Assembly (NCBI GenBank): GCA_013239625.1
Contig: MU054220.1
Span: forward strand, 1,169,509 to 1,233,508
DNA from: Lama guanicoe
Lineage: Eukaryota
Length of the DNA stretch: 64,000 nucleotides
Direction: 5' to 3'
A model generated the notes under the pieces. The model had not been told where the DNA came from, ran no database searches, and saw only the letters and a program-made list of their open reading frames with translations. The position numbers were made by a program, and so were the translations under genes. The number at the start of each line of letters is the position of its first letter. Position 1 is the first letter of the stretch. Positions 13,730 to 25,595 of this stretch are shown here, one piece after another.

Positions 13730-14049
13730 ACCTCCAGGGACCATAAAAACCAGGGGACTCCATTCTGAAAAGTCCCCTCCCAGCAGGTCCCCACACTTGA
13801 TCGATGCAGTGGGGAAAGTTATGTGAATCTTTAGAAATATCTTTCAACCGAGGAAGCAACTGGGAAGGCTCAAGGGAACTCATTACTCAGGACAGACACA
13901 GAGAAGGCAGCGTCCTCCTGGTATCAAGACGTTTTTCTTTCTCCTTCTCAAGCTGTAGACTTTGGATTTGAAAGAGTCTTAGACCAGGACTCTTGGCTGA
14001 ACTTACACTGAGCTGAGGAACAACTCTGGATCCCAGGGAGAGTGTAAGT
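13730..14049 (+). promoter_or_regulatory. Candidate promoter / first non-coding exon of the OR4S-like gene
   Basis: O/E-like sites ctccagggac (~13732), accaggggac (~13750) and perfect TCCCAGGGAG (14031-14040), followed by donor GTAAGT at 14044; TAATTA motifs at ~13501 and ~13564. Confidence 0.35.
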
Positions 14050-15769
14050 TAACATTTGAAATGGTCTCAAAGTCATATATGTCTATGGTATTTACCCTCT
14101 GTCCTTACTGGTTTCTGAGCACCTGCCGAGAACCTAACAGCATAAAACTTAGCTTTGCTTCAAGACAGATAACTTTTGCTTCTGACCAAGGCAGCAGTTC
14201 TAAGGAATGAATGGGGGACAGATGATTTTTCAAAGCAACATACATGCCCTCACCTACAGAAACCTAAGACTGTTGGAACAGGAATCGTGTTTGGAGGGGT
14301 TATATCCTGACAGAGGATTCATAGGACCCGGACGTAGGGAAAAGATGGGCAGATTTTCACACTTTCCAGGGAAATAATGTCACTTTTATTACCTTTCTTC
14401 TTGGAGTTATATTTCCCACCTCTATGATTTGTACGGTAAAAAAATTAACATTTCTTAAGTACTTCTTATGGCACAGACTCTAGTATTACTAAGCTTTATA
14501 GATGTTAGCTGTTTTAATTCTCGCACCAACTCTATGAGGCAGGAACTGTTTATCCCCATTTTACCTGTGAGGACAATGATTAAGTAGATAAAATTACTTA
14601 GTTAAAGCCACACAGCTGGTCATTGCTAGGGCCGGGAGTTGAAAATCCAGCTCTACCTGATAAGCATTTGTGCTTTTAGACGTATTCCATTCTAGACAAT
14701 GTTGCAGGGGGAACGGAGTGGGTGCCTAAAACTAACCCATCTAGAAAGATTTATAAACCAGAAACTCTCATTTCCTTTCTCCCCCTCTTCTTCCTTCCTG
14801 TAAAGTTTACTCAGTACCCAATGCTTGTGTGCTAGTCAATTCAAGAGTCAAGGACTGAGGATCTACACAGTCTATTGGGAGAAACACACAAGCAACCTAC
14901 AAGTTGATGGTTTAAATATTATGATTGAAATAAAAAGCGGATACCTGGAGGGGTCAAGAAATGCCTCTACTGGAGACTTCCAGAAAGCCACCTCTTTCAG
15001 GAAAATTCTGCTGAATTTTTTTTCCCCCAGGGATTCAGCATTTAGTCAAGGGGGTGGAGTTTAGCATTTGGTGAAGCCTAGAGCCTCATCCATTGGGTGT
15101 TGCCTCCCTCCTTATTCAGCTACAGACTGACAGGTACTAGTGCCTTTCACAACGTAGAGCAATCCCTGCTCGTCCCAGCTCCACACGGTAGGGACCATCG
15201 GGGTCGGGAAGGTGAGACGAAGGATCCTGCTGAGTCCCAGACTCCGGCAGGATAACGGGAGAGTCTGAATATGCTTCTCCACCATCTGAACCATTTTCTA
15301 CGACTGTGCCTACCCCACAGCAGAAACCGCTGTTTGGTTATAAAGCCAGCGGCTCTTGCAACAGCACGGATATCAGGAGTCCGCTAACTTATCCCAGAGT
15401 GTTGGTGTCTGTCTTGGTTAATTACATTCTGTTGTTTGGTTTGGTTAAAGTAGCAATGCCCGTGCCAGAGACCCTAGAACAGTAAAGAAGGTCCCAAGGC
15501 TATAATCGGTATTTTTAAAAGGCCAATGGAAATAGAACATTTAAATGACAGAATGTAGCACAGGCTAAGATATATCAAGGTTGAAGCTCCGCTCCACCAG
15601 CGAGTAGCTATGCGATTGTGGATAAACTCAGTTTACCTTTCTGGGTTTTACTCCTTACATGAATAGTGGGACTAGTTCTCCCACTATTATTCTAACCAGA
15701 GTTACAAGAATTAAATTGGATGGTATAGTCAAGCACCGAAACCAGGGTCTAACCCTTAGTAGAGCACTG

Positions 15770-16035
15770 TGTACTAAAAACAGAATACAAGCCACACTGT
15801 ATTTTAAATGTTTTGGTAGCCACGTAAGATGCAAAAGAAATAGGCGGAATTCATTTTTGTAATATTTAAGCATAGTTTGTTTAACTCAAAATGTCCAAAT
15901 TATTATATCAAAATAATTTATATCACTTTAGCTTTTAATTTAAACTTAAATAAAATTAAAACTCTGTTTCTTAATCACACTGTCCATGTTGCAAATCCTT
16001 AGTAGCCACAGTGGGCTACCACACCACACAGAACA
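15770..16035. mobile_element. hAT DNA transposon relic (MER33/MER3-like)
   Basis: Motifs aatacaagccaca...ttttaaatgttttggtagccac and agtagccacagtgggctacc. Confidence 0.5.
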
Positions 16036-16169
16036 GACCTAGTGGGCACTCACCTAAGGCCTGTAAGGAGAGGTGGGGACAAAACACGGCTCCAGCAGAC
16101 CAGGAATTGAGGGATAACAGGAAACTGCTGGCAGTTACATTAGAGGTGATCAAGGCCTCATGTTTATGT

Positions 16170-16466
<297 letters not shown>

Positions 16467-17425
16467 CCTTATTTTCAGAGACATGGATACTGAAGTTGAA
16501 ATGACATGACGACTGAGATTTGCATTAAAATACGTTGGAACAAAAAATAATGAAAAAGAAATGCATGAAGCATTGTGCTAAAACGTTAATCATTTTTTAA
16601 TCTGAGTAATGAATATATGAGCCCTTATCTCCATTTTGTACATATTTGAAATTTTTCATAAGAAAACGTAAGTACTGGCAATCTAGTTGGAAAATAAAAA
16701 GGCATAATTCAGTGAGCACTTCCTACATGCTGGGATAGGTCTGGTATTTGAAACAAATCTCTGAAGTAGTCGGTAGCATTTCCATTTGAAGGAAAAAGAA
16801 ACCTCGTTTCAAAGAGTTTAAATTCCCTGCCAAGCTAGTGGAAACAGTATTTGCACTCAGACAATAAAAAAAGATAAACATTGTCTTTATCTTCATACAT
16901 CTTCTGGTTCAAAGGAATACAAAAATAATGAAAGAAAGAAACCACATTAAATGGTAGGAATTCTTTGTATTGAAAAGATCATCCCAAATTTCACAATGTA
17001 GCATCAAAGCTGGAGGTGCCCTTGGTGATCGTGCAGAGTCACCCCAGCGGCCAAAGAGGCTAGGCCTCAGCGACCTTGCCCCAGACCTCACAGGTGGTCA
17101 TTGTCACAGGCATATGTAAACCACTCTGAGGACTGTTATCTCCCCACATCCTAGAACAACTAATGTCAACTCATATGAAGTCTTGAGCATCTTGCAAATG
17201 GTAGTTCCATTTTGTGAAGCCTCTAAGCATTTCCCCCAACTTTTAAACATAGAGTGACAAAAAGTGAATTCCCAGAATAATCTGAATAATGTGAAATAAG
17301 AGAAAGTCCATCAGGCGGTCAGTAATTTGGGAGGCCGAAGAGCCACATGAATGGCTAGTTACAGCCCAGGTCTGACTTAAAGTTGTACATTTGAAGACAT
17401 ACTTTTGATATCAAGTGTGCATGCG

Positions 17426-17448
17426 TGTGTGTGTGTGTGTGTGTGTGT
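17426..17448. repeat. (TG)n microsatellite
   Basis: Directly visible. Confidence 0.95.
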
Positions 17449-17563
17449 ATTTACATAGATTTCATAAATCAACAGAAATAGAGGAAAAGAGCATCCCGGA
17501 GTAACGAGCATGGAGGTTATCACTTAGAATTTCAATTTAAAAGGAAGATATTTAAATTCTCAA

Positions 17564-19933
17564 GCAGCGGAAAGCGGCGGCCGCGGAGTGTCTTCCCGGA
17601 TGCTGAGGGCCCAGAGGCGGCGGCGAGGCCCAGGCCGGCCGCCGGCGCCGCCATGAACTCTGCCGAGGCAGAGTTCCTGGCCGAGAAGGAGCTGGTCACC
17701 ATTATCCCGGACTTCAGTCTGGACAAGATCTACCTTATTGGGGGCAACCTGGGGCCTTCCAGCCCTGGGTTACCCGTGGAATTGCCTCTGTGGCTGGCCG
17801 TCAACTTGAAACAAAGACAGAAGTGTCGGCTGGTTCCTCCCGAGTGGGTGGACTTGGAAAAGTTGGAGACAATGAGGGATCATGAACGAAAGGAAGACTC
17901 TTTCACCCCTATGCCCAGCCCTTCCTACGTGGAACTCAGCAAACTCCTGTTAAACCATGCTTCGGACAGCATCCCGAAAGCAGATGAGATCTCAGGGATG
18001 TGTGGGACACTCGCATAGCCAAGCTCCGGGTGTCTGCTGACAGACTGGTGAGACAGCAAGAGTCACGTGCCCCGCTGGACAACCTGACCTTGATGGAGAT
18101 CAACACCAGCGGGGTTTTCTTCATACATGCGCTCAATCACATGTACAAACTCCGCACAAACCTGCAGCCTCTGAAGGTGTGCAGTCTCAGGCCTTCTAGG
18201 GAGACTCCGGTTTGTAAAGGCCTCGTGTCTGCCGGCAGGAGGCTCGCCAGCTGGTGAGTGAGTGCTCAGGGTGCAACAGAGGTACTCATATTTCTGGAAC
18301 GCAAGAACCACTTCTGAACGTGTGGGGAATAAAAAGCGCCGTGAAGCAAGGAATGGATTTATAACATCGGGAAGCAACAGGCTTGCGCTTAGCCCCCAAG
18401 ACGCTCATTAATTCCCCATCCGTATCTAGCAGCCAGCTGTCCTTGTATAGGGGCGGAGGAGAAAAAGAGCTTCGGCAAAACAAGTTATTTTCCCCAGCAG
18501 AGCCTCAGGTCTCCCGCACAGAACAGTCACAGGCAGGTGAGTGTTCACTGATGTCAGGCCTTGCTTTTAAAAGAGCCGTGGCAGGAGTGGCAATGGTGGC
18601 CTCAGCCTTTTTTCTTTCTTGCTACTGATCACTTGGACTCAATTTAGAATGTCCTACAGAGGTTGTTCACACAGGATAGCAGACGAGGGGCTGGTGACAG
18701 CGAGCCATGTTCATCATCTGAACCCTGAGACACAGTAAAGATGGATCGGCCCAAATCTCTGTTGGGTTCGTTTCCTGCGTAACTAACCCCTGACGGGGCA
18801 AGCCAAGTGGCTAAAATGGCCTGATCGACCAGAGAGGTGGGTAGCAGGCAGCTGTCAGCTTCAGCCCAGGACGCTGCACGTCTCGTTCACTTGTCTACTC
18901 CCGGGTCGGGTCTAAAGGGTGGCTCATCATCAAGGGGAAAGTCAGGGAAAAATTAATTCCGTGTTACCGAGTGCGAGGGTGAAGCTGAAACGCGACACCA
19001 GGAGGAAAAGTGGGGCCTGGGACGTGGCGCTGGATGGACCGTTACAGGCGGCGGTGGCTCAAACGGTATTTTACTTTCTCCCTAGGAGAAAGACATGCAG
19101 CTGCAGCATTCTGGAATGGCCATGTTCTCTGTAGAAAGCGCCTGACCTGGAGAGGGGAGTGATGGTCTAGCCGCGCTCGCATGGTTCAGTGAGCAGCTGT
19201 TTGCGGCAGTAGCAGCGTAGGTCAAAGGCAGCGGCATGCCAGCTCGGGGGCTTTTTGAAGCGTGTATGTGCCTGATCAACTGAGCCTAAAGAGTACCTGC
19301 TGGTCTCTGCCCTTCAGTGTTTCGAGCTCAGACCTCAAGTTACTCGAGCACTTTTTCTCCAGCACAGATTGGTACCCAGCTGTCCCTCCAACCAACAGCT
19401 GGTGGCTCTTACCTGAACACTGAAGGGCCAGACGTGGCGGCATTAGGACCCAGAAGACCTAGTCCCACCTTGTCCGCTCACTCTTATGCAGAATCCTTCA
19501 GAGGTACTTTGGAGATTCTTCTAGCATGAAACAAGTTACCGTGCACGTTCAGGAGCTGAGCGTGTCTCAGATCTCACCCCGAATACCCTTCTCTTAAAAC
19601 TTGGCTGAATTGTAGAACACAAGATTACACTGTATAGCACAGGGAAATATACACAAAATGTTATGATAAATCACAGAGAAAAAAATGTGACAATGAGTGT
19701 GTATATGTCCATGTATGACTGAAAAATTGTACTGAACACTGGAATTTGACACAACACTGTAAAATGATTATGAATCAATAAAAATGTAAAAAAAAAAAAA
19801 AACTTGGCTGAGATACAGTCCAATCTGTCTGCGTGTTTTACCTGTAAAGCTACAGAATTGTTGAGCTTTTATTTTTGAGGCGCTTTATTATAACATAAAA
19901 AAGATTTTTGTCAACATAAATAAATAAATAAAT
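17564..19933 (+). pseudogene. GINS2: GINS2 (Psf2) processed pseudogene, full length: 5'UTR, CDS 17653-18199, ~1.7-kb 3'UTR and tail
   Basis: Intronless match to GINS2 ([13 protein letters not shown]...[14 protein letters not shown]...[13 protein letters not shown]...[13 protein letters not shown]); ~10-nt deletion after 17991 and 1-nt deletion near 18174 shift the frame; ancestral TAG at 18197-18199; TSD aaattctcaa at 17554-17563 and 19934-19943; (TAAA)n tail. Confidence 0.95.
19609..19802 (+). mobile_element. 5'-truncated young L1 nested in the GINS2 retrocopy 3'UTR
   Basis: 13-bp TSD aaaacttggctga at 19596-19608 and 19799-19811; poly(A) tail; near-identical to 1-215. Confidence 0.9.
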
Positions 19934-20246
19934 AAATTCTCAACTAACTAAGATTCAGACAACAGATAATTAAGTGGAGAGCCTACTCCATTCCTAAATA
20001 TATTTAAAGTCTATTAACTTTTCTTCTCTCTCCTCTTTCTCCCTCCACTCCTCCCTCAATCTCTAGTACTTTTAAGAAGCGGATTATGCCAAAACCAACA
20101 CCTTAACGGAGGAATTCTATAAATAATTTTTTAAAAATAATAACCATACTGTTATGGCATTAAGTGCCCAAATCGAATCATCCTTTATACTTTTTCCCGT
20201 AGGTAAAGCCACACAGTGCTTCTCTCCTGTTAACTGCCCAGACTCC

Positions 20247-21263
20247 ATGGCAAATAATGTTACTGAATTTATCCTCATGGGCCTTTCCCAAAATAAGGCA
20301 GTACAGCAGCTATGCTTCGTTTTGTTCCTACTCTTTTATACGATTCTCATGACTGGAAATTGTTTCATTATAATGACCATTCAAAGGAGCCCAAATCTCA
20401 ACTCTCCAATGTACTTCTTCCTTAGCTTCCTGTCCTTTGTCGACATCTGCTATTCCTCTGTTACAGCCCCCAGGCTGATTACTGACTTTCAAGCCAAGGT
20501 CAGAAGAATCTCTTTTGTTGGTTGTATGGTCCAGCTCTTTTTTGTCCATTTATTTGGCTGCACGGAGATCTTCATCCTCACGGCGATGGCCTACGACAGG
20601 TACGTAGCCATCTGTAAGCCTCTGCGCTATTTGACCGCCGTGGACTGGAAGGTCTGCTCCACACTGGTGGTGTCTTGTTGGTTAGGAGGGTTTCTGCATA
20701 CCTTTATCCAGACCATGCTCACTGTACAACTGCCCTTCTGTGGCCCCAACCTGATTGACCACTACTTCTGTGATATCCACCCTTTACTGAAGCTGGCTTG
20801 CACAGACACGTATGTGGTGGGGCTCATTGTGGTGGCCAACAGTGGCCTGATTTCACTCAGCTGCTTTGTCATCCTTGTGGGCTCTTACATCGTCATCTTG
20901 CTTTCCTTCAAGACCCGCTCATCAGAAGGGAGGCGCAAGGCCCTGGCCACATGCGCTTCCCACATCACTGTGGTGATCTTGTTTTTCGTCCCTTGCATCT
21001 TCATCTACTTGAGACCTTCCACCACTTTTACTGAGGACAAGATGGTGGCTGTGTTTTACACCATCATCACACCCATGCTGAACCCTCTAATCTACACCCT
21101 GAGAAACATGGAGATGAAAAATGCCATGAAGAGACTGTGGATCAAGAGGTTCGGGGGAAGAAATAGGAGAGATCCTGATGGGAGGTTCAGTGGGACTGGC
21201 ACAGTCTCAGTTGTACCGATTTCCAAAAGGGTTGCTGGAAATGAGTCTGTCATCATCCCTTAA
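20247..21263 (+). CDS. Family-4 olfactory receptor, OR4S2-like, 338 aa with extended C-terminus
   Basis: All OR motifs present (NNVTEF, SPMYFFLSFLSFVDICYSSVTAP, MAYDRYVAICKPL, KALATCASH, PMLNPLIYTLRN); polypyrimidine tract + AG acceptor at 20201-20202 favours the ATG at 20247 over 20154. Confidence 0.9.
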   Translation: MANNVTEFILMGLSQNKAVQQLCFVLFLLFYTILMTGNCFIIMTIQRSPNLNSPMYFFLSFLSFVDICYSSVTAPRLITDFQAKVRRISFVGCMVQLFFVHLFGCTEIFILTAMAYDRYVAICKPLRYLTAVDWKVCSTLVVSCWLGGFLHTFIQTMLTVQLPFCGPNLIDHYFCDIHPLLKLACTDTYVVGLIVVANSGLISLSCFVILVGSYIVILLSFKTRSSEGRRKALATCASHITVVILFFVPCIFIYLRPSTTFTEDKMVAVFYTIITPMLNPLIYTLRNMEMKNAMKRLWIKRFGGRNRRDPDGRFSGTGTVSVVPISKRVAGNESVIIP

Positions 21264-21964
21264 TCCTACTACACAAATAAACAATTTGTATTGTAGATTA
21301 ATATCATAGAAAGAGTCTGGATTTGAAGTGCAAAGATCTAGTTTGGAGAGCCTACTCTACCAACCACGAGTAGGTTGACTTTAGAGATATTCTAAAGCTC
21401 CTCTAATATCTGATGAGAGATAGTCCCTTCTGGGTGCCCTGGGTGGAATAAACACTGGTACAGAGAAATCCGACAGCCACAGTCTATTTCCTTACGTATA
21501 GTACTGTTGTCTCTGAGCAGGAGCCTCTAAGTGGTGTGGTATGTCAGGTATCTCTATTATAATAAAGGAATGACACCAAAAATAAATGCTGGAGTTGATT
21601 TCACTGCCCTTTGCCTTTCCTGTGTCCTCACTTGAAGCTAGAGATGAAGCTACGTTTCCCACCACTTCCCAGGGTTACACGAAGAATCAGACGAGAGGAA
21701 ATGGATTGAAATTTTGTCAGTGGTGGGAGCTGCATTCATTGATGTTGTTACTGTTAACTTGGCAACTCTAGACGTCTAGACAACACTCATTCGAAGGATT
21801 CGTTTTAAGGTTAGGGGTTTCTCTCACATAATTTTCTTAAAACATTTCGTAAACAGAAGTTGTTTATATATGACATTACAGAAGCAGCTAAATTGGACTC
21901 AGAATTTTTAAAAAACGTATTCAGTATAGGGCTACCTGAGCCAAGGAGAGGGTTTATAATGGAT

Positions 21965-22308
21965 GTTGCGGTGAGCCAATCCCCCAGATAATGCCTTATC
22001 CCAGGGGAGCACCAGTATCATGTCCTCTTCCTCCAGCAGGCTGGATCCAAGACTAGTCTACTTTCTGGGTAGAAAGACTTGAGCCTCTTGCCTCATCTTG
22101 AAACAATTCTTAAGGGTCATCCCAGCCTTAACGCTCCTTGGAGGACCATCCAAGATCCTTTTTGCAATTGCATCATGGTTCAGCTTCCTCTGCCCAATTC
22201 TGCTCCTTTCACTCTTTTACAAACGTTGATCTTGGGAGCACGTCCCAATAAATGTTTACACACAAACTCAATCTCAGAGATGTTTCGTAGGGAACTCAAC
22301 TTTTGACA
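21965..22308 (+). mobile_element. Old ERVL-type (LTR16/LTR33-like) LTR relic
   Basis: End motif cccaataaatg...caatctcagagatgtttc...gggaactcaacttttgaca. Confidence 0.45.
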
Positions 22309-23264
22309 CAGATTTACAATAAGAAGGAAAAAACCTATGCAGATATTAAAATAATTGAATTTTTTTGCATGACTTCAAGAGAGGAGCGCTCTTTCGAGCA
22401 GGCTTACCTAACTTGTTTAACAATAGCATGAACGTACCAAAATGTACATTTTAATTTTTCAGATACAAGGGAAATTAATGCAGTTGATTTATATCTAGCT
22501 GACTAGCACCTTCATAACCTCTCATCATTGAAAACCAAGAAATCTGAACAGTTCTGAGTGAATTGAGTGAGTGATCTTTTTCATTTTTCTCTCCTGATGA
22601 GTGAGGGGGTAAACCCTGGATTCCTCCAAGAATCGGCTGAGGACTTTAAAATTTTCAAGGAAGAAGCTTAAAAAAATAAAAAGCGCAGGGGCTCCAACTG
22701 TTGTATGCTGTTTGTTTCTGTCCTCCCTTTTTTCTCCTACCCTTTATCAGGAGCACAGTAGTAGCTAATATTTTAGGACTCAGATCAGATAATGATTGAC
22801 TTGACAGCATCCCACAGAACTATGACTATGTGTAGAGAATATAAACTTTTTATACAAAATGAGGGCAAGGGTAGATTCTGAGCAGCGTCATGGTGAAGTC
22901 CTGAACACTCTCTGTACCCCAGACCACTTTCCACTCTGATTCACCATGGTCTATGTCCCGAGGTGACCTTCATGGATGGCTGCAGTGGGTTCTCCTACAC
23001 TGTAATAAATAAAAAGAAAACTGAGAAAAGTCATTACTCCCTGGATCTTCTTGCCACATTTTTTACTTGTTGGCCAAACTGCTATTTGCCTCAACAAGTC
23101 TCAAGACCTCGGAAGAGCTGCAACATTGTTTGCCACTGAGATTGCTGTAGTTTTCAACAATGACCCTGGGCGTGAAATTTTCCTCACTCAGCTCCAAATA
23201 AAGTCAACCCTCTCCAGAATTGTGTGTGTGTGTGTGTGTTGTGTGTGTATATATAAATATATAT

Positions 23265-24509
23265 ACTCCAACATCATAATGGTGGTAAGTAAATCACTTA
23301 TAACTCTAATATAATGGCTAAAAAAATAAAAGTATTAGAAATAACTGTAACTACAATAATTTTTTAACAGACACACAAGGTAAAAAGATGTAAATTGTGA
23401 CATCAAAAACAAATGTAGGGGGTAGTAAAAATGTCAAGCTTTAGCATGCATTTGAACTTAAGTTGTTATCAGCTAAAAATAGACTCTTATAAATATGTTT
23501 TATGTAAGCCTCATGGTAAACACAAAGCAAAAACCTAAAGTAGACAAAACATAACAAAGAAAGGAATCTAGGCAAATCACTACAGAAAATCATCAGATCA
23601 CAAAGGAAGAGCACAAGACAAGAAAAAAGGAGCAAAGGTGTCATAAAACAGCCAGAAAACAACTAATAAAATGGCAACTGTAATTCCATACCAATTAATA
23701 ATTACATTAAATACGAATGAACTAAATTCTCCAATAAAAAGAGATAGAGTGGCTAAGTGAATTTAAAAAAAAAAACCATGAGCCAACTACATGCAACTTA
23801 TATCCCTTCAACTTTAAGGACACATATAGATGGAAAGTGGAGGAATGGAAAAATATATTCCATGCAAATAGAAACCAAAAGGGAGCAGAGGCTGCTATGC
23901 TTAGATCCAAAAAAATAGACTTTAAGTCAAAGAATGTAGCAAGAGAAAAAGTACATCATGATACAGTAATAAAGGAGTTAATATGTGGAATCTAGCAGAG
24001 AAGGAACCAGTGGTTACAGTCGGGAGAGGGAAGGGGGAGGGGCAAGATGGAGGTGGAGGATTAAGAGGTACAAACTATCAGGTATAAAATAAGCTACAAG
24101 GATGAATTGTACAACATGGGGAATAGAGCCAGTATTTTATAATAACTGTAAATGGAGTATAACCTTTAAAAGTTGGGAATTACTGTATTATATGCCTATA
24201 ACATAATATTATACATCAACTATATTTCAATTTTTAAAATATGATATTGTAAAATAAATACATAAATAAAATTTTTTAAAATATATGTGGAATCTAAAAT
24301 AAAAAGTCAAACTCAGAAACAGAGTAGAAAAGTGGTTTCCAGAGGCCGGAGGATGCAGGAAACAGGGAGAGGTTGGTAAAAAGATACAAACATTCAGCTG
24401 TAAGATGAATAAGGTCTGAGGATTTAATACATAGCACGGTGACTATAGTTGACAACACCGTATTGCATAATTGAAATTTGCTATGAGAGTATAACTTAAA
24501 TGTTCTCAC

Positions 24510-24545
<36 letters not shown>

Positions 24546-24700
24546 GCCAAGTGATAGATGTGTCCATTAATTAGATAGGGGAATCTTTTCACAATGTATA
24601 TGTATATTAAGTCACCACCATGTGCATGTTAATTATCTTACAATTTTCTTTGTCCATCATACCTCAATAAAGCTGAAATGAAAAATTAAATTTAAAATAG
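23265..24700 (+). mobile_element. Composite L1 block: inter-ORF/ORF2-start fragment plus two nested L1 3' ends; long A-run at ~24511-24541
   Basis: Decayed ORF2 N-terminus (taataattacattaaat...ctaaattctccaat), L1 3'UTR motifs and AATAAA ends at ~24265 and ~24666. Confidence 0.8.
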
Positions 24701-24715
24701 AAATTTTTAAAATGG

Positions 24716-25117
24716 TGCTAAGGACTGAATTGTGTCCATCAAAAATTCATCGGTTGAAGACCAAATCACTAATGTGATAGTATTTTGAGATGGAGCCTTT
24801 GGGAAGTAATTGGGGTTAGAGGAGATTATGAAGGTAGGGTACTTGTAATGGGATTAACAGCTTTATAGGAAGAAGATTCTCTCTCTCTCTCTCCATCTCC
24901 CTCTCCCTCTCTCTCTCCCTCTCTCTCTCTCCATCATGTCAGGACACAGCAAGAAGTCAGCCTCTATAGGCCAGGAAGATGTCCTCACCAGGGAACCAAT
25001 TCCACCAGCACCTTGACCTTGGGCTTCTAGCCTCCAGAACTATGAGAAATAAATCCCTGTTGTTTAAGCCACCCAGTCTGTGATGTTTTGTTATGGCAGA
25101 CCAGACTGACTAATGCA
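24716..25117 (+). mobile_element. MaLR solo LTR (MLT1A/B-like) containing a (CT)n tract
   Basis: ggactgaattgtgtcc...aaataaatccctgttgtttaagccacccagtctgtg...gactaatgca. Confidence 0.8.
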
Positions 25118-25354
25118 GATGAGCACATCTACATACACTGATATTGAAAGAGCTCTGAAATGTACCATTAACTTCAAAAAAAATAGTTGAAAAACAGTAT
25201 GTGTAATATAATAGCATAGATATAAAGAAAAAGTGTTTATCAAATCTGTGTCTTCTCAGCTGTTTCCACTAACCCTCCATAACTCAGATAATGGCCTCTT
25301 TGCATTTAATAGAGTAAGTTCTCTGCTGCTACAATGATCATCAAGGGAAGAAAA

Positions 25355-25595
25355 AAGCCAATTAGTTTCCTGTTCTGTGAGTTGGATGATCAGTCAGTCC
25401 TCCACTTTCTAGAGGCCACCCTCAGGCATTATGGCAACCTCTGGCAACTAATTATGCCCTCAGGTGCTGAGGCAAAGAGTTAGGAAAAGTTTGCAAAGGA
25501 GCAAATTAGTGTCACCCCTTGGGGACTCTTCAGAGATGACTAAGAATTTCTTTTACCTCCTTGAGATCCCTGGGAGTTTCACGTAAGTAATTAAA
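25355..25595. promoter_or_regulatory. Cluster of homeodomain (TAATTR) and O/E (Ebf) motifs; candidate OR enhancer
   Basis: caatta 25359, gcatta ~25426, taatta 25449, aaatta 25503, taatta 25588; ccctcagg twice, ccccttgggga 25515, tccctgggag 25567. Confidence 0.5.

Noticed and set aside
20154..20246. 31-aa N-terminal extension of the OR4S-like ORF
   Set aside because: It crosses a clear polypyrimidine+AG acceptor at 20202; the ATG at 20247 gives the canonical M-x-N-N-V-T start
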